From Nitrospirota bacterium (lineage in GTDB: Bacteria > Nitrospirota > Thermodesulfovibrionia > Thermodesulfovibrionales > Dissulfurispiraceae): a stretch of DNA of 64,000 nt. The position numbers were made by a program, and so were the translations under genes. Shown piece by piece: positions 29,758 through 38,223 of the stretch; within the stretch, counting starts at the first letter, position 1; each line of letters begins with the position of its first letter. The notes below the pieces were generated by a model. It had not been told where the DNA came from. It did no database searches and saw only the letters and a program-made list of their open reading frames with translations. The stretch lies in NCBI GenBank assembly GCA_963710375.1, contig CAVPZX010000004.1, forward strand, positions 32,001-96,000. The letters run 5' to 3'.

Positions 29758-30842
29758 TTATATACCTTCAGGTGATTATAGAATGCATCTCGCTCGACCG
29801 GAGTCTTTCCTGCTTTCCTGATGAGATAGACCATTTCATCCCGTGTCATACACTCGCCGGTTCTCCCTCCTGCCATGTGGGTTATTTTTTCTTCGATGAT
29901 GGTGCCGTCGAGATCGTCAGCTCCGAAAAGCAGGGCGACCTGGGAAATTTTCTCGCCTAACATTATCCAGTAAGCCTTGATGTGCTGAAAATTATCGAGC
30001 ACAAGCCTGCTTATGGCAATAGTCTTCAGGTCATCGATTCCGGATGAATGGAAACCGCCGATTTCGGTATTTCCGGGATGGTAGGCCAGAGGTATAAATG
30101 CCTGGAATCCTCCGGTGCTGTCCTGCAGCGCCCTCAGCTTAAGCAGGTGATCGACCCTGTCCCCAAGGGTTTCCAGATGGCTGTACAGCATGGTAGCGTT
30201 CGTTTTGATTCCGGCATTATGCGCAGTTTCCATAATCTCGAGCCAACGGTCACCGGATATCTTTTCAGGGCAGAGCTTATTCCTTGTCTCTTCCGCAAAT
30301 ATTTCAGCGCCACCCCCGGGCATTAGATCAAGGCCGCTCTGCTTCAGGGCTTTGAATATTGCATCAAGCGATAACCCGCTTATACGCGACATGTGATCGA
30401 TCTCAACGGCGGTAAATGCCTTAATAGCAAGGGAAGGGAATTTCCCTTTGATTGCTGAAAGAAGCCCCAAGTAGTGGTCAAAAGGCCACTCAGGATGAAG
30501 GCCGCCAACAATATGGACCTCAGTGATAGCCCCTGTCGTGGTATTAGCAGCGCTGAAAGATGCTTGAAGCCTAGATATTATATCATCGGTTGTTAATTCA
30601 AAAGCGCCTTCCTCGCCTTTTGAGCGGCTGAACGCACAAAACCTGCATCTGTTGACGCATATATTCGTCGGGTTGATGTGGCGGTTAATGATGAAATATG
30701 CGTTACTGCCGTTCTTTGCCCCCGCGCTTACAGAGGCCAGACTGCCTATAGTGAAAAGGTCATCGCTCTCAAACAGCGCGAGTGCATCGGCCCTGTTCAG
30801 CCGAGCACCTGAAAGGACTTTGTTTTTGATCGATTCGAGCAT
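29754..30842 (-). CDS. mqnE: Aminofutalosine synthase (radical SAM)
   Basis: NRHINPTNICVNRCRFCAF, HIKAYWIM, GADDLDGTIIEEKITHMAG. Confidence 0.88.
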   Translation of the reverse strand: MLESIKNKVLSGARLNRADALALFESDDLFTIGSLASVSAGAKNGSNAYFIINRHINPTNICVNRCRFCAFSRSKGEEGAFELTTDDIISRLQASFSAANTTTGAITEVHIVGGLHPEWPFDHYLGLLSAIKGKFPSLAIKAFTAVEIDHMSRISGLSLDAIFKALKQSGLDLMPGGGAEIFAEETRNKLCPEKISGDRWLEIMETAHNAGIKTNATMLYSHLETLGDRVDHLLKLRALQDSTGGFQAFIPLAYHPGNTEIGGFHSSGIDDLKTIAISRLVLDNFQHIKAYWIMLGEKISQVALLFGADDLDGTIIEEKITHMAGGRTGECMTRDEMVYLIRKAGKTPVERDAFYNHLKVYK

Positions 30843-30851
30843 ATGAATAAA

Positions 30852-31598
30852 TTATTTTGTTTTTCCTTCGAGCATCTTTGTTCTTTTTACTGCTGCTGTA
30901 AGGTAATCCTTGAATCTTTCCGGGAAAAGCCACCTTATCCCAAGCTTCTCAGCCCATTTAATCAACCCCTGATCGGCGGTAATCAGCAGGGCGTCAAGCT
31001 CCATTGCAAGGAGCATAAGATCAACATCCTCCTTGCTGTCAATAATCCCTTCCCTTAGAGCCTCCCGATACTTCTTCCTCAAATCCTGTACAATTTCATC
31101 CGGCTTCTTAAGCTCGGCGCTTCGGACCGCTTTTTCAGCAAGCCTCAGCCCTTTGTTGACCCGTTCCCTTATGTCTTCAATAAGCTCATATAAGAGGAAC
31201 GCCGGGCATTTCAGTTCGTGTTTTTTGGGAGGCTTCTGATGGAGAATGACCAGGAGATCGCCCGGAATCTTGTCTCTTTCGACAAAGTGAAGCAGCTCAT
31301 CGAAAATCGATGGCGGCATATAAAACTCAAGGTTGCCTATCTGCGCGGCCAGATAAAGAAAAGTCTCAAGGGCTTCTATAGGAGTGGCGCCGAGGCTTGC
31401 TCTGACGTCGGGATTTACAAACAGGCTCGTATCAAGAACGACTTTCTTCAGCCTGCGCCGGTTTTTTTTGAGATACTGCTCATTAAGATTTTCGTGCTTA
31501 GCGGCAGACGCTGAAAGTGGTTCAGAATCGTTACCGGCATCAGCGGTATTGGATTCTTCCGAAGCGATGTCAATATTTTTAGGCCTTGCAGGTGCCAT
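30852..31598 (-). CDS. RNA-free ribonuclease P (HARP, Aq_880-like PIN domain); start uncertain
   Basis: VLDTSLFVNP, YMPPSI, RERVNKGLRLAE, YREALREGIIDSKEDVD, ADQGL..WAEKLG. Confidence 0.88.
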   Translation of the reverse strand: MAPARPKNIDIASEESNTADAGNDSEPLSASAAKHENLNEQYLKKNRRRLKKVVLDTSLFVNPDVRASLGATPIEALETFLYLAAQIGNLEFYMPPSIFDELLHFVERDKIPGDLLVILHQKPPKKHELKCPAFLLYELIEDIRERVNKGLRLAEKAVRSAELKKPDEIVQDLRKKYREALREGIIDSKEDVDLMLLAMELDALLITADQGLIKWAEKLGIRWLFPERFKDYLTAAVKRTKMLEGKTK

Positions 31599-32892
31599 AG
31601 AGATCAAGTTTATAGGTATTCCACTCATTGCAGCAGAGGCATCTGCCTGACCAGTCTGCGGATTTAAACCCACACTGGGAACAGCAGTACGGGACATTTA
31701 CAACGCTCCGTATGCCGCATGCACGTCTAAATTCATCTAATGCCTTGGATATCTGTTGTCTCTTCATATACAACTCACCCCGCAAACCGAACAGTTCAGT
31801 GGGGGCAAACGCGCTCGTGTCTATTGAATTCAGAATCTCAATGGCGTCATCTACCATCTCCAGCCTGTAGTAGAGCTTGCCGAGCAGAAATTTTAAACTG
31901 TTGTCCTGGGGGCTTCGCGTCAGGGCATTTTTATAAAACCGAATGAGTCTGCCAGGCTCTCCTACACTGATAAGCAGGTCTTCAAGGCGAGCGAGAAGAA
32001 TGACCGAGTTCAACTGCTCAAAACCTTTTTCGAGGAGATTTATCGCTTCCTCAATATCGCCCTTCGTCATAATAACCTCGGCAGTTCCAAGATAAGCGGG
32101 GAGAAAGCCGCTGTCCATTCTCATAAGGGTCCTGAACGCTTTCTCTGCTTTTTCCAGCTCTCCATTTTCAAGGCTTGCGCGCGCGTATTCGTATTTATAT
32201 CCCAGCAGCCTGTGGTCCTCTCTCTCTTTATCCTTCTCGTTTTGTTCGAGTTTGATAATCGATTTTTGCAGCAGAAGAAGGTCATCCCATTTCTCCTGCA
32301 TCTCGAGTATCGCCCGCTTCCGGCAAAGAGCGGTAAGGTTCCCGGCATCAATATCCAGAATCTCGTCAATATATTTCATTGAATCGTCAAACCGCTTCAT
32401 TTTTTCCATGACCGTTTCAATTGATAAGAGCACCTGAAGGTCTGAGTGGTTGATGTCCCTGGCTTTTTTATAGTATTCAAAGGCCGCCGTGAAGTCCTCA
32501 TTGCTCAGCGCAATGTCGCCTAGCCTTAAAAGTGCATCAACGTGTTCGGGATCCTCCTTCAATATCTCGTCCAGCGCCTCTTTGGCCTCCTCTTCTTTGT
32601 CTCCCAATATGGCATTCAATGCTTTGGAATAGTTCGTGTGTATCCGCGCTTCTTTTTTCTGCCGTTTCTGATACTGCATATTATCGATAATGCGCTTTGT
32701 ATCGCGTATAAAGAAGACAACCCATATGCCGAGCGCCCCGATAAATGTTGAAAACCCTATCAGAGCTATTTTCGGCATCTCATAAAGGCTTCCGAATGGC
32801 ACTTGGATAAAAACCATATCCTTATTAAAAATGGCGAAAAAGCAAAGCGCTGCTAGGAAAGCCAGAAACACAAGTATCGCTAGCTTACTCAT
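31579..32892 (-). CDS. LapA/LapB-like TPR membrane protein with C-terminal rubredoxin-like motif
   Basis: Two N-terminal TM segments, TPR repeats, CSQCG...WSGRCLCCNEW. Confidence 0.75.
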   Translation of the reverse strand: MSKLAILVFLAFLAALCFFAIFNKDMVFIQVPFGSLYEMPKIALIGFSTFIGALGIWVVFFIRDTKRIIDNMQYQKRQKKEARIHTNYSKALNAILGDKEEEAKEALDEILKEDPEHVDALLRLGDIALSNEDFTAAFEYYKKARDINHSDLQVLLSIETVMEKMKRFDDSMKYIDEILDIDAGNLTALCRKRAILEMQEKWDDLLLLQKSIIKLEQNEKDKEREDHRLLGYKYEYARASLENGELEKAEKAFRTLMRMDSGFLPAYLGTAEVIMTKGDIEEAINLLEKGFEQLNSVILLARLEDLLISVGEPGRLIRFYKNALTRSPQDNSLKFLLGKLYYRLEMVDDAIEILNSIDTSAFAPTELFGLRGELYMKRQQISKALDEFRRACGIRSVVNVPYCCSQCGFKSADWSGRCLCCNEWNTYKLDLYGTCKA

Positions 32893-33329
32893 TAATGGTG
32901 ATACTCCTTGTTATGAATAATCGTCATAGCCCTGAAGAGCTGCTCAAAGAAAAATACCCTCACCATCTCGTGAGTAAAGGTCATCCTCGACAGCGCAATG
33001 GTCTCTTTTGCTTTGTCCTTTATCTCATCGGAAACGCCGTAGGGACCGCCGATGAGAAAGTCTCCGCCGCCTCTTTCCTGCAATAAACGGGCGAACCCGG
33101 GCGAGGTGAACTCTCTCCCAGTCTGGTCAAGCAGGGTGTATGATTGTGTCTGCCTCAATATCTTTTCTCCTTCTTCCGAAAGGGAATCTGCTGCGTTTTT
33201 GCCTTTATGCTCTTTTATTTCAACAATGGCAACCTGGGCCATAGGGCTTAACAGTTTAAGATACCGCTCTATCCCTTCGTTCAGATAGGGCTCTTTCGTC
33301 CTCCCTACCCATATTATCCTTATTTTCAT
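32892..33329 (-). CDS. rlmH: 23S rRNA (pseudouridine1915-N3)-methyltransferase
   Basis: MKIRIIWVG, FLIGGPYG, LSRMTFTHEMVR, EQLFRA, YHH. Confidence 0.92.
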   Translation of the reverse strand: MKIRIIWVGRTKEPYLNEGIERYLKLLSPMAQVAIVEIKEHKGKNAADSLSEEGEKILRQTQSYTLLDQTGREFTSPGFARLLQERGGGDFLIGGPYGVSDEIKDKAKETIALSRMTFTHEMVRVFFFEQLFRAMTIIHNKEYHH

Positions 33330-33669
33330 CGGCAAGCGGTATCCTCGGGGCATCGAGCCATAGCTTTTCGAGTTCGTAATACTCCCTTGTCTCTTCCTCA
33401 AAAACATGGATTATCACATCCCCGTAATCTAATAATATCCATCTGGCATATTGGAAACCCTCGATGCGAGAGGGCGCTATTGCAACCTTAATCAGATTTT
33501 CTCTAATATGTTCAGCGATCGTCTTGACCTGGGTGGTGCTTTCACCGGAACAGATGACAAAATAGTCTGCAATAACCGTAAGGTCCTTCAATTCGAGGAC
33601 CATGACATCCTTTGCCTTTTTATCTAAAGATGTCTGCGCAGCTTTTATAGCTTTTGTTTTGCTGTCTAT
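33256..33669 (-). CDS. rsfS: Ribosomal silencing factor; probable non-canonical ATA start
   Basis: DKKAKDV, ADYFVICSG, WILLDYGDVIIHVF, REYYELEKLW. Confidence 0.9.
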   Translation of the reverse strand: MDSKTKAIKAAQTSLDKKAKDVMVLELKDLTVIADYFVICSGESTTQVKTIAEHIRENLIKVAIAPSRIEGFQYARWILLDYGDVIIHVFEEETREYYELEKLWLDAPRIPLADENKDNMGREDERALSERRDRAVS

Positions 33670-33782
33670 GTGGCAATCCTTTCACTTCTTTATTGTGTAT
33701 TATAGCAGAATTATGAAATCGCATCAGCTTTTTTAAACAAATCCATCTTGACTAAAGCCTCGGAGAAAACTATAATGCTGTT

Positions 33783-35189
33783 ATGACGCGCATTACGAGT
33801 CCGAGTTACAGCATTACCATAAGGGTGGAACTTGAAAATCGCATCGGCATGTTCGCCCAACTTGCTACGGCTATAAGTAACGCTGGTGGTGATCTGGGCT
33901 CTATTGATATCGTCCGCACCGAAAAGGGAAAAGTCATTAGAGACATAACTGCAAATGCCAGGGACGAGGAGCATGAAAAAAGAATCGTCAAGTCAATAAG
34001 AAACATCAGCGGTTTAAAAGTCCTGAGAGTAATGGACCGCACCTTTACCGCTCACGAAGGGGGAAAGATCGAGATACGCCCCAAAATCTCTGTTAAAAAC
34101 AGAGATGATCTTTCCAAGGTTTATACGCCGGGAGTTGCAAGGGTATGCGGTGACATTCATGAATGTACTGAACATGCTTATCGCTACACTATAAAAGGGA
34201 ATTGTGTTGCCGTAATCACTGACGGAACAGCTGTCCTCGGCCTTGGAAATATAGGCCCTGAAGCGTCCATGCCTGTTATGGAAGGCAAGGCTATGATTTT
34301 CAAGGAGTTTGCCGGGATTGATGCATTCCCCATTCCCCTGAAGACCACTGATCCCGAAGAAATTATCAATACCGTTAGAATAATCTCCACACCTTTTGGG
34401 GGTATTAATCTCGAGGATATATCCGCGCCAAGGTGCTTCGAGATAGAGAGGCGGCTCAGGGAGATTTGCGACATACCTGTTATCCATGACGACCAGCATG
34501 GGACAGCGGTTGTTGTCCTTGCAGCTCTTATGAACATCGGGCGATTGCTGAAGAAAGACATAAAGAAATTAAGAATGGTAATTTCTGGCGCAGGCGCAGC
34601 AGGAATGGCCAATGCATGGATGCTCTCGGCATATGGTGTACGGGACATCATCGTGTGCGACAGGGCAGGTGCAATTTACGAAGGCAGAAAGAATGATATG
34701 AACCCCTATAAGAAGGCTCTTGCCAAAAAAACGAACCCGAGAAAGATCAGGGGCAGCATTTCAGATGCCATTAAGGGAGCCAATGTCTTCCTGGGACTTT
34801 CCGTTCCCAAGGTCATATCGGTCGATGACATACGCCATATGGCAAAAGAGCCGGTAGTTTTTGCCCTGGCAAATCCCGAACCGGAAATAGCGCCAGAAGA
34901 TGCTTTCCCGCTGGTAAGAATACTAGCCACCGGACGCTCCGATTATCCCAACCAGATAAATAATATGCTATGCTTTCCGGGAATTTTCAGAGGTCTGCTG
35001 GACGTAAGAGCTAGCGGAGTTAATGAGGAAATAAAATTTGCCGCTGCAAAGGCCATCGCTTATACGGTAACAGATGATGAATTGCATGAGGATTACATAA
35101 TACCAAGTATTTTCGACAGAAAAGTCGTACATGCGGTAGCTCATGCCGTGGCTGAGGCAGCCAAGAAAACAGGGCTGTCACGACATTAA
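33783..35189 (+). CDS. Malic enzyme with N-terminal ACT domain
   Basis: YTPGVA, TDGTAVLGLG, NLEDISAP, DDQHGTA, GAGAAG, TGRSDYPNQINN. Confidence 0.92.
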   Translation: MTRITSPSYSITIRVELENRIGMFAQLATAISNAGGDLGSIDIVRTEKGKVIRDITANARDEEHEKRIVKSIRNISGLKVLRVMDRTFTAHEGGKIEIRPKISVKNRDDLSKVYTPGVARVCGDIHECTEHAYRYTIKGNCVAVITDGTAVLGLGNIGPEASMPVMEGKAMIFKEFAGIDAFPIPLKTTDPEEIINTVRIISTPFGGINLEDISAPRCFEIERRLREICDIPVIHDDQHGTAVVVLAALMNIGRLLKKDIKKLRMVISGAGAAGMANAWMLSAYGVRDIIVCDRAGAIYEGRKNDMNPYKKALAKKTNPRKIRGSISDAIKGANVFLGLSVPKVISVDDIRHMAKEPVVFALANPEPEIAPEDAFPLVRILATGRSDYPNQINNMLCFPGIFRGLLDVRASGVNEEIKFAAAKAIAYTVTDDELHEDYIIPSIFDRKVVHAVAHAVAEAAKKTGLSRH

Positions 35190-35212
35190 CCTAAATAGTG
35201 CAATTAACCTGC

Positions 35213-36223
35213 TTACGGCATCCCTACGCCGTCGATCCTCGCCCCGCATTTTTCACATTTCGAGTCTTTCATGCTGATATGAGTCAGCGAAAAACCGATA
35301 CGCTCTATTAGCAGAGCTCCGCAGGATGGACAGAGGGTGTTTTCGCCGCCAGTGCCGGGGACGTTGCCTTCATAGACATATTTCAGGCCGGCTTTCAACC
35401 CGATTTCGCGTGCCTTCCTCAATGTGATCAGAGGTGTCCTGGGCTTGTCGAACAGTTTATAGGTTGGATAGAATTGGCTCACGTGCCATGGGATAGATGC
35501 ATCTACAGACTTTATGAATTGAGCGGCAAAGGTGAGAAAATCATCTGAATCATTATAATCAGGGATGATAAGAGTGGTAACTTCAACCCAGATTCCCAAC
35601 TCCTTCATTAGCTTAATAGTGTCGAGCACCGGTTGCAGTTTAGCACCCACAACCTTCTTATAAAAGTCATCATCTCCTTTTAAATCAATATTGTTGGCAT
35701 CAAGGTAGGGTGCAATGAGCCGTATCGCGTCAGGGCTTGTATAGCCATTGCTGACAAACACATTCCGGATTCCCTTCTTATGGGCAAGGCGCGCACAGTC
35801 ATAGGCAAACTCAAAAAATATTGTGGGCTCTGTATAGGTATAGGCTATGCTTTCGCATCCCGCACGCACGGCCTCTTCGACGACCTCTTCAGGTGACATC
35901 TCTTCGCCTGGAATGTCCTTGTTCTGTTTCGGGTATTGCGATATCTCGTAATTCTGGCAGTGCAGGCATCTGAAATTGCATCCTACTGCGGCTATCGAAA
36001 ACGAATGCGAACCGGGATAAAAATGAAAAAAAGGTTTTTTCTCTATAGGATCTACATGTTTTGCAGCAACTTTGCCATATACAAGAGAATAGAGCGTGCC
36101 CCCGCTATTTTCCCTAACCCCGCAAATGCCGCGCTTCCCCGGTGAAATGGAACAGTACTGAGGGCAGAGGAAGCATTTTACCTTACCTTCATCAAGCTTT
36201 TCGTAAAGCCTGGCCTCATGCAT
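35213..36223 (-). CDS. amrS: AmmeMemoRadiSam system radical SAM enzyme
   Basis: DPIEKKP, GCNFRCLHCQN, AYTYTEP, YVYEGN. Confidence 0.88.
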   Translation of the reverse strand: MHEARLYEKLDEGKVKCFLCPQYCSISPGKRGICGVRENSGGTLYSLVYGKVAAKHVDPIEKKPFFHFYPGSHSFSIAAVGCNFRCLHCQNYEISQYPKQNKDIPGEEMSPEEVVEEAVRAGCESIAYTYTEPTIFFEFAYDCARLAHKKGIRNVFVSNGYTSPDAIRLIAPYLDANNIDLKGDDDFYKKVVGAKLQPVLDTIKLMKELGIWVEVTTLIIPDYNDSDDFLTFAAQFIKSVDASIPWHVSQFYPTYKLFDKPRTPLITLRKAREIGLKAGLKYVYEGNVPGTGGENTLCPSCGALLIERIGFSLTHISMKDSKCEKCGARIDGVGMP

Positions 36224-36226
36224 GCA

Positions 36227-36508
36227 TTAATTAGTTTTCTTCACTTTGGCAATCCTCTTTGCTGGAGCCTTTTTAGGTTCTGCAGCCTTCTTAGGTCCGG
36301 CAGCCTTTTTTTGTTCTGCAGGGGCCGCCTTCTTAATCGGCTCTTCAACGCTCTCTTCAGACTGCTTCTTGTTGATTGGTCCTCCGTTGAGGCGACGCCT
36401 TACGATTTTTTCAGCCTCGATCCAGTTCTCCAGATCGCGACCCGGTATCCATCCACTTTTCTCGTAAAGTTCATGGGCCGTTTTGGCAATTTCTTCATGA
36501 AGATTCAT
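36227..36508 (-). CDS. DUF2934-family protein with Lys/Ala-rich tail
   Basis: IAKTAHELYEKSG...GRDLENWIEAE. Confidence 0.8.
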   Translation of the reverse strand: MNLHEEIAKTAHELYEKSGWIPGRDLENWIEAEKIVRRRLNGGPINKKQSEESVEEPIKKAAPAEQKKAAGPKKAAEPKKAPAKRIAKVKKTN

Positions 36509-36630
36509 GATAATCCCCTCCATAAATAATATTTATAGTTAAATCTTACCACCGTTTTATAGTTAAAGCAACAATGGGTCAGTTTGTGTTTGCCCTGGAT
36601 CATCCGGGTTCCAGGCGATGAAATGAAGCA

Positions 36631-37356
36631 CTAGGTTTTAAAGGTTTTACTTTCAGATTTGTCGCCGGAACCGATACTGTTAAGCGCGAAATTTCTCTGC
36701 ATCTCATACCCGGCAGCAATGTTCCTCAAGTCGGCAACCCTGTTTATCCATCCCTTCAGGTACTTGCTGTATTGTGCTGGCCTGAGTTCAGCAAGGCGCT
36801 TATAACGGTATGCTCTCATTGACAGATATGTATCAATGTTGCCGGCCGACTTCTTCAGCAGTTTTGTGGCTGCGGCAGGGCTGTTCACATAGGTATCAAA
36901 ATGCACGAGATTTAGCGGATAGGGCAATGATGCAGCCCCTGATTTGTCCCAAATTTTCTTATAGATGGCTTCGGCATCTGCCCTGGTGATATTCTTGATG
37001 TTGCCTTTATACCCGTATTCTTTTGCTGTTGACTGAAGTATGCCGAACTTTGAAGACTCGGCGCCGCCATCGCTATGCACATAGGCGGTACCCTCATGTT
37101 TAAGAACAGTGGCAAGTATCTCTTTGAACCTGCTGTCGTCCCCTTCCTTGACTAACACAGGACTGGACAACGGAATGGCCGGGAGGGATTGAACTGCCGG
37201 CCCCTTGTCTAAGGTTGTCAGCTCATTCTCAATCTGGCCCAGCGATGCCTCAAACAGGGCCTCAAAAGAAGTACTTACTGTACCAGGTGTGCCTTTGGAG
37301 AGGAGCTTGCTGAGCAGGAGAATCTGTTGCTGGGGATTTAGGGATAGATCCTTCAT
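36631..37356 (-). CDS. Glycoside hydrolase family 108-like (lysozyme-type) protein
   Basis: LKHEG...DGG.ESSKFGI, A.AIYKK.W, FDTYVN, KYLKGWINRV. Confidence 0.65.
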   Translation of the reverse strand: MKDLSLNPQQQILLLSKLLSKGTPGTVSTSFEALFEASLGQIENELTTLDKGPAVQSLPAIPLSSPVLVKEGDDSRFKEILATVLKHEGTAYVHSDGGAESSKFGILQSTAKEYGYKGNIKNITRADAEAIYKKIWDKSGAASLPYPLNLVHFDTYVNSPAAATKLLKKSAGNIDTYLSMRAYRYKRLAELRPAQYSKYLKGWINRVADLRNIAAGYEMQRNFALNSIGSGDKSESKTFKT

Positions 37357-37543
37357 GTCATTAGCATTGTCATTTCTGACCCTCTGACGAGTGTTTTTTA
37401 TGTTCGTTTCTTATATCCGTAATTGTAGCATAATCACAGGTATGCTTTCATGTGTCTCTTTGGTGACTGTTGATTGGGAAGTTGTCAAAGCCTACTAAAT
37501 ATGCAATAATAAAACTTCCTGAAAAATTCTTAAGGAGGTTTGC

Positions 37544-38134
37544 ATGAAATCAATGAAAGTCCTTTTCATACTGTTGTTGGTGTTGGCCGTTGCTGTTTCT
37601 GCCTTCGCCGAAATAAGAAATAAGAAATTTACGAAAGAGGAGATTAAAAAAATGGCCGATACCAAAGCAATTATCGAAACAAAATTCGGGAACATTGAGC
37701 TCAAGTTTTTTCCCGATGTTGCACCTAATCATGTCGACAACTTCATCGAGCTAGCCAAGAAAGGCTTTTATGACGGTACCACCTTTCACCGCGTCATACC
37801 GGGTTTTATGATCCAGGGCGGTGATCCCAATTCAAAAAACCACGACAAGTCAACGCACGGCATGGGCGGGCCGGGATACACGCTTAAAGCGGAATTCAAC
37901 GACAAACCTCATAAGAGAGGGACTCTTTCAATGGCAAGGGCTGCCAGCCCTGACAGCGCTGGTTCTCAGTTCTTTATCTGTGTCGCTGATTCTCATTTTC
38001 TTGACAGGCAGTACACGGTCTTCGGAGAGGTCGTGTCAGGGATGGATGTGGTAGATAAGATCGTGAGCCAGCCCAGGGACGGGAATGACAACCCTGATAA
38101 GCGCATTGAGATGAAAGTAAAGGTCATCGAATAA
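37544..38134 (+). CDS. Cyclophilin-type peptidyl-prolyl isomerase with signal peptide
   Basis: FHRVIPGFMIQGGDP, LSMAR, SAGSQFFI, YTVFG. Confidence 0.93.
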   Translation: MKSMKVLFILLLVLAVAVSAFAEIRNKKFTKEEIKKMADTKAIIETKFGNIELKFFPDVAPNHVDNFIELAKKGFYDGTTFHRVIPGFMIQGGDPNSKNHDKSTHGMGGPGYTLKAEFNDKPHKRGTLSMARAASPDSAGSQFFICVADSHFLDRQYTVFGEVVSGMDVVDKIVSQPRDGNDNPDKRIEMKVKVIE

Positions 38135-38166
38135 TCCTGAGTCTGTGTCCTAATTTATAGGAATTA

Positions 38167-38223
38167 AGGGCTCGCGGATAAATAACTTGTGCATTCAGGC
38201 AAAAGTTATTTATTCGCGAGCTC
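38167..38223. repeat. Internally deleted copy of palindromic family C; overlaps the uvrA stop codon
   Basis: agggctcgcggataaataactt...aagttatttattcgcgagct matches the ends of 49126-49309. Confidence 0.75.
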
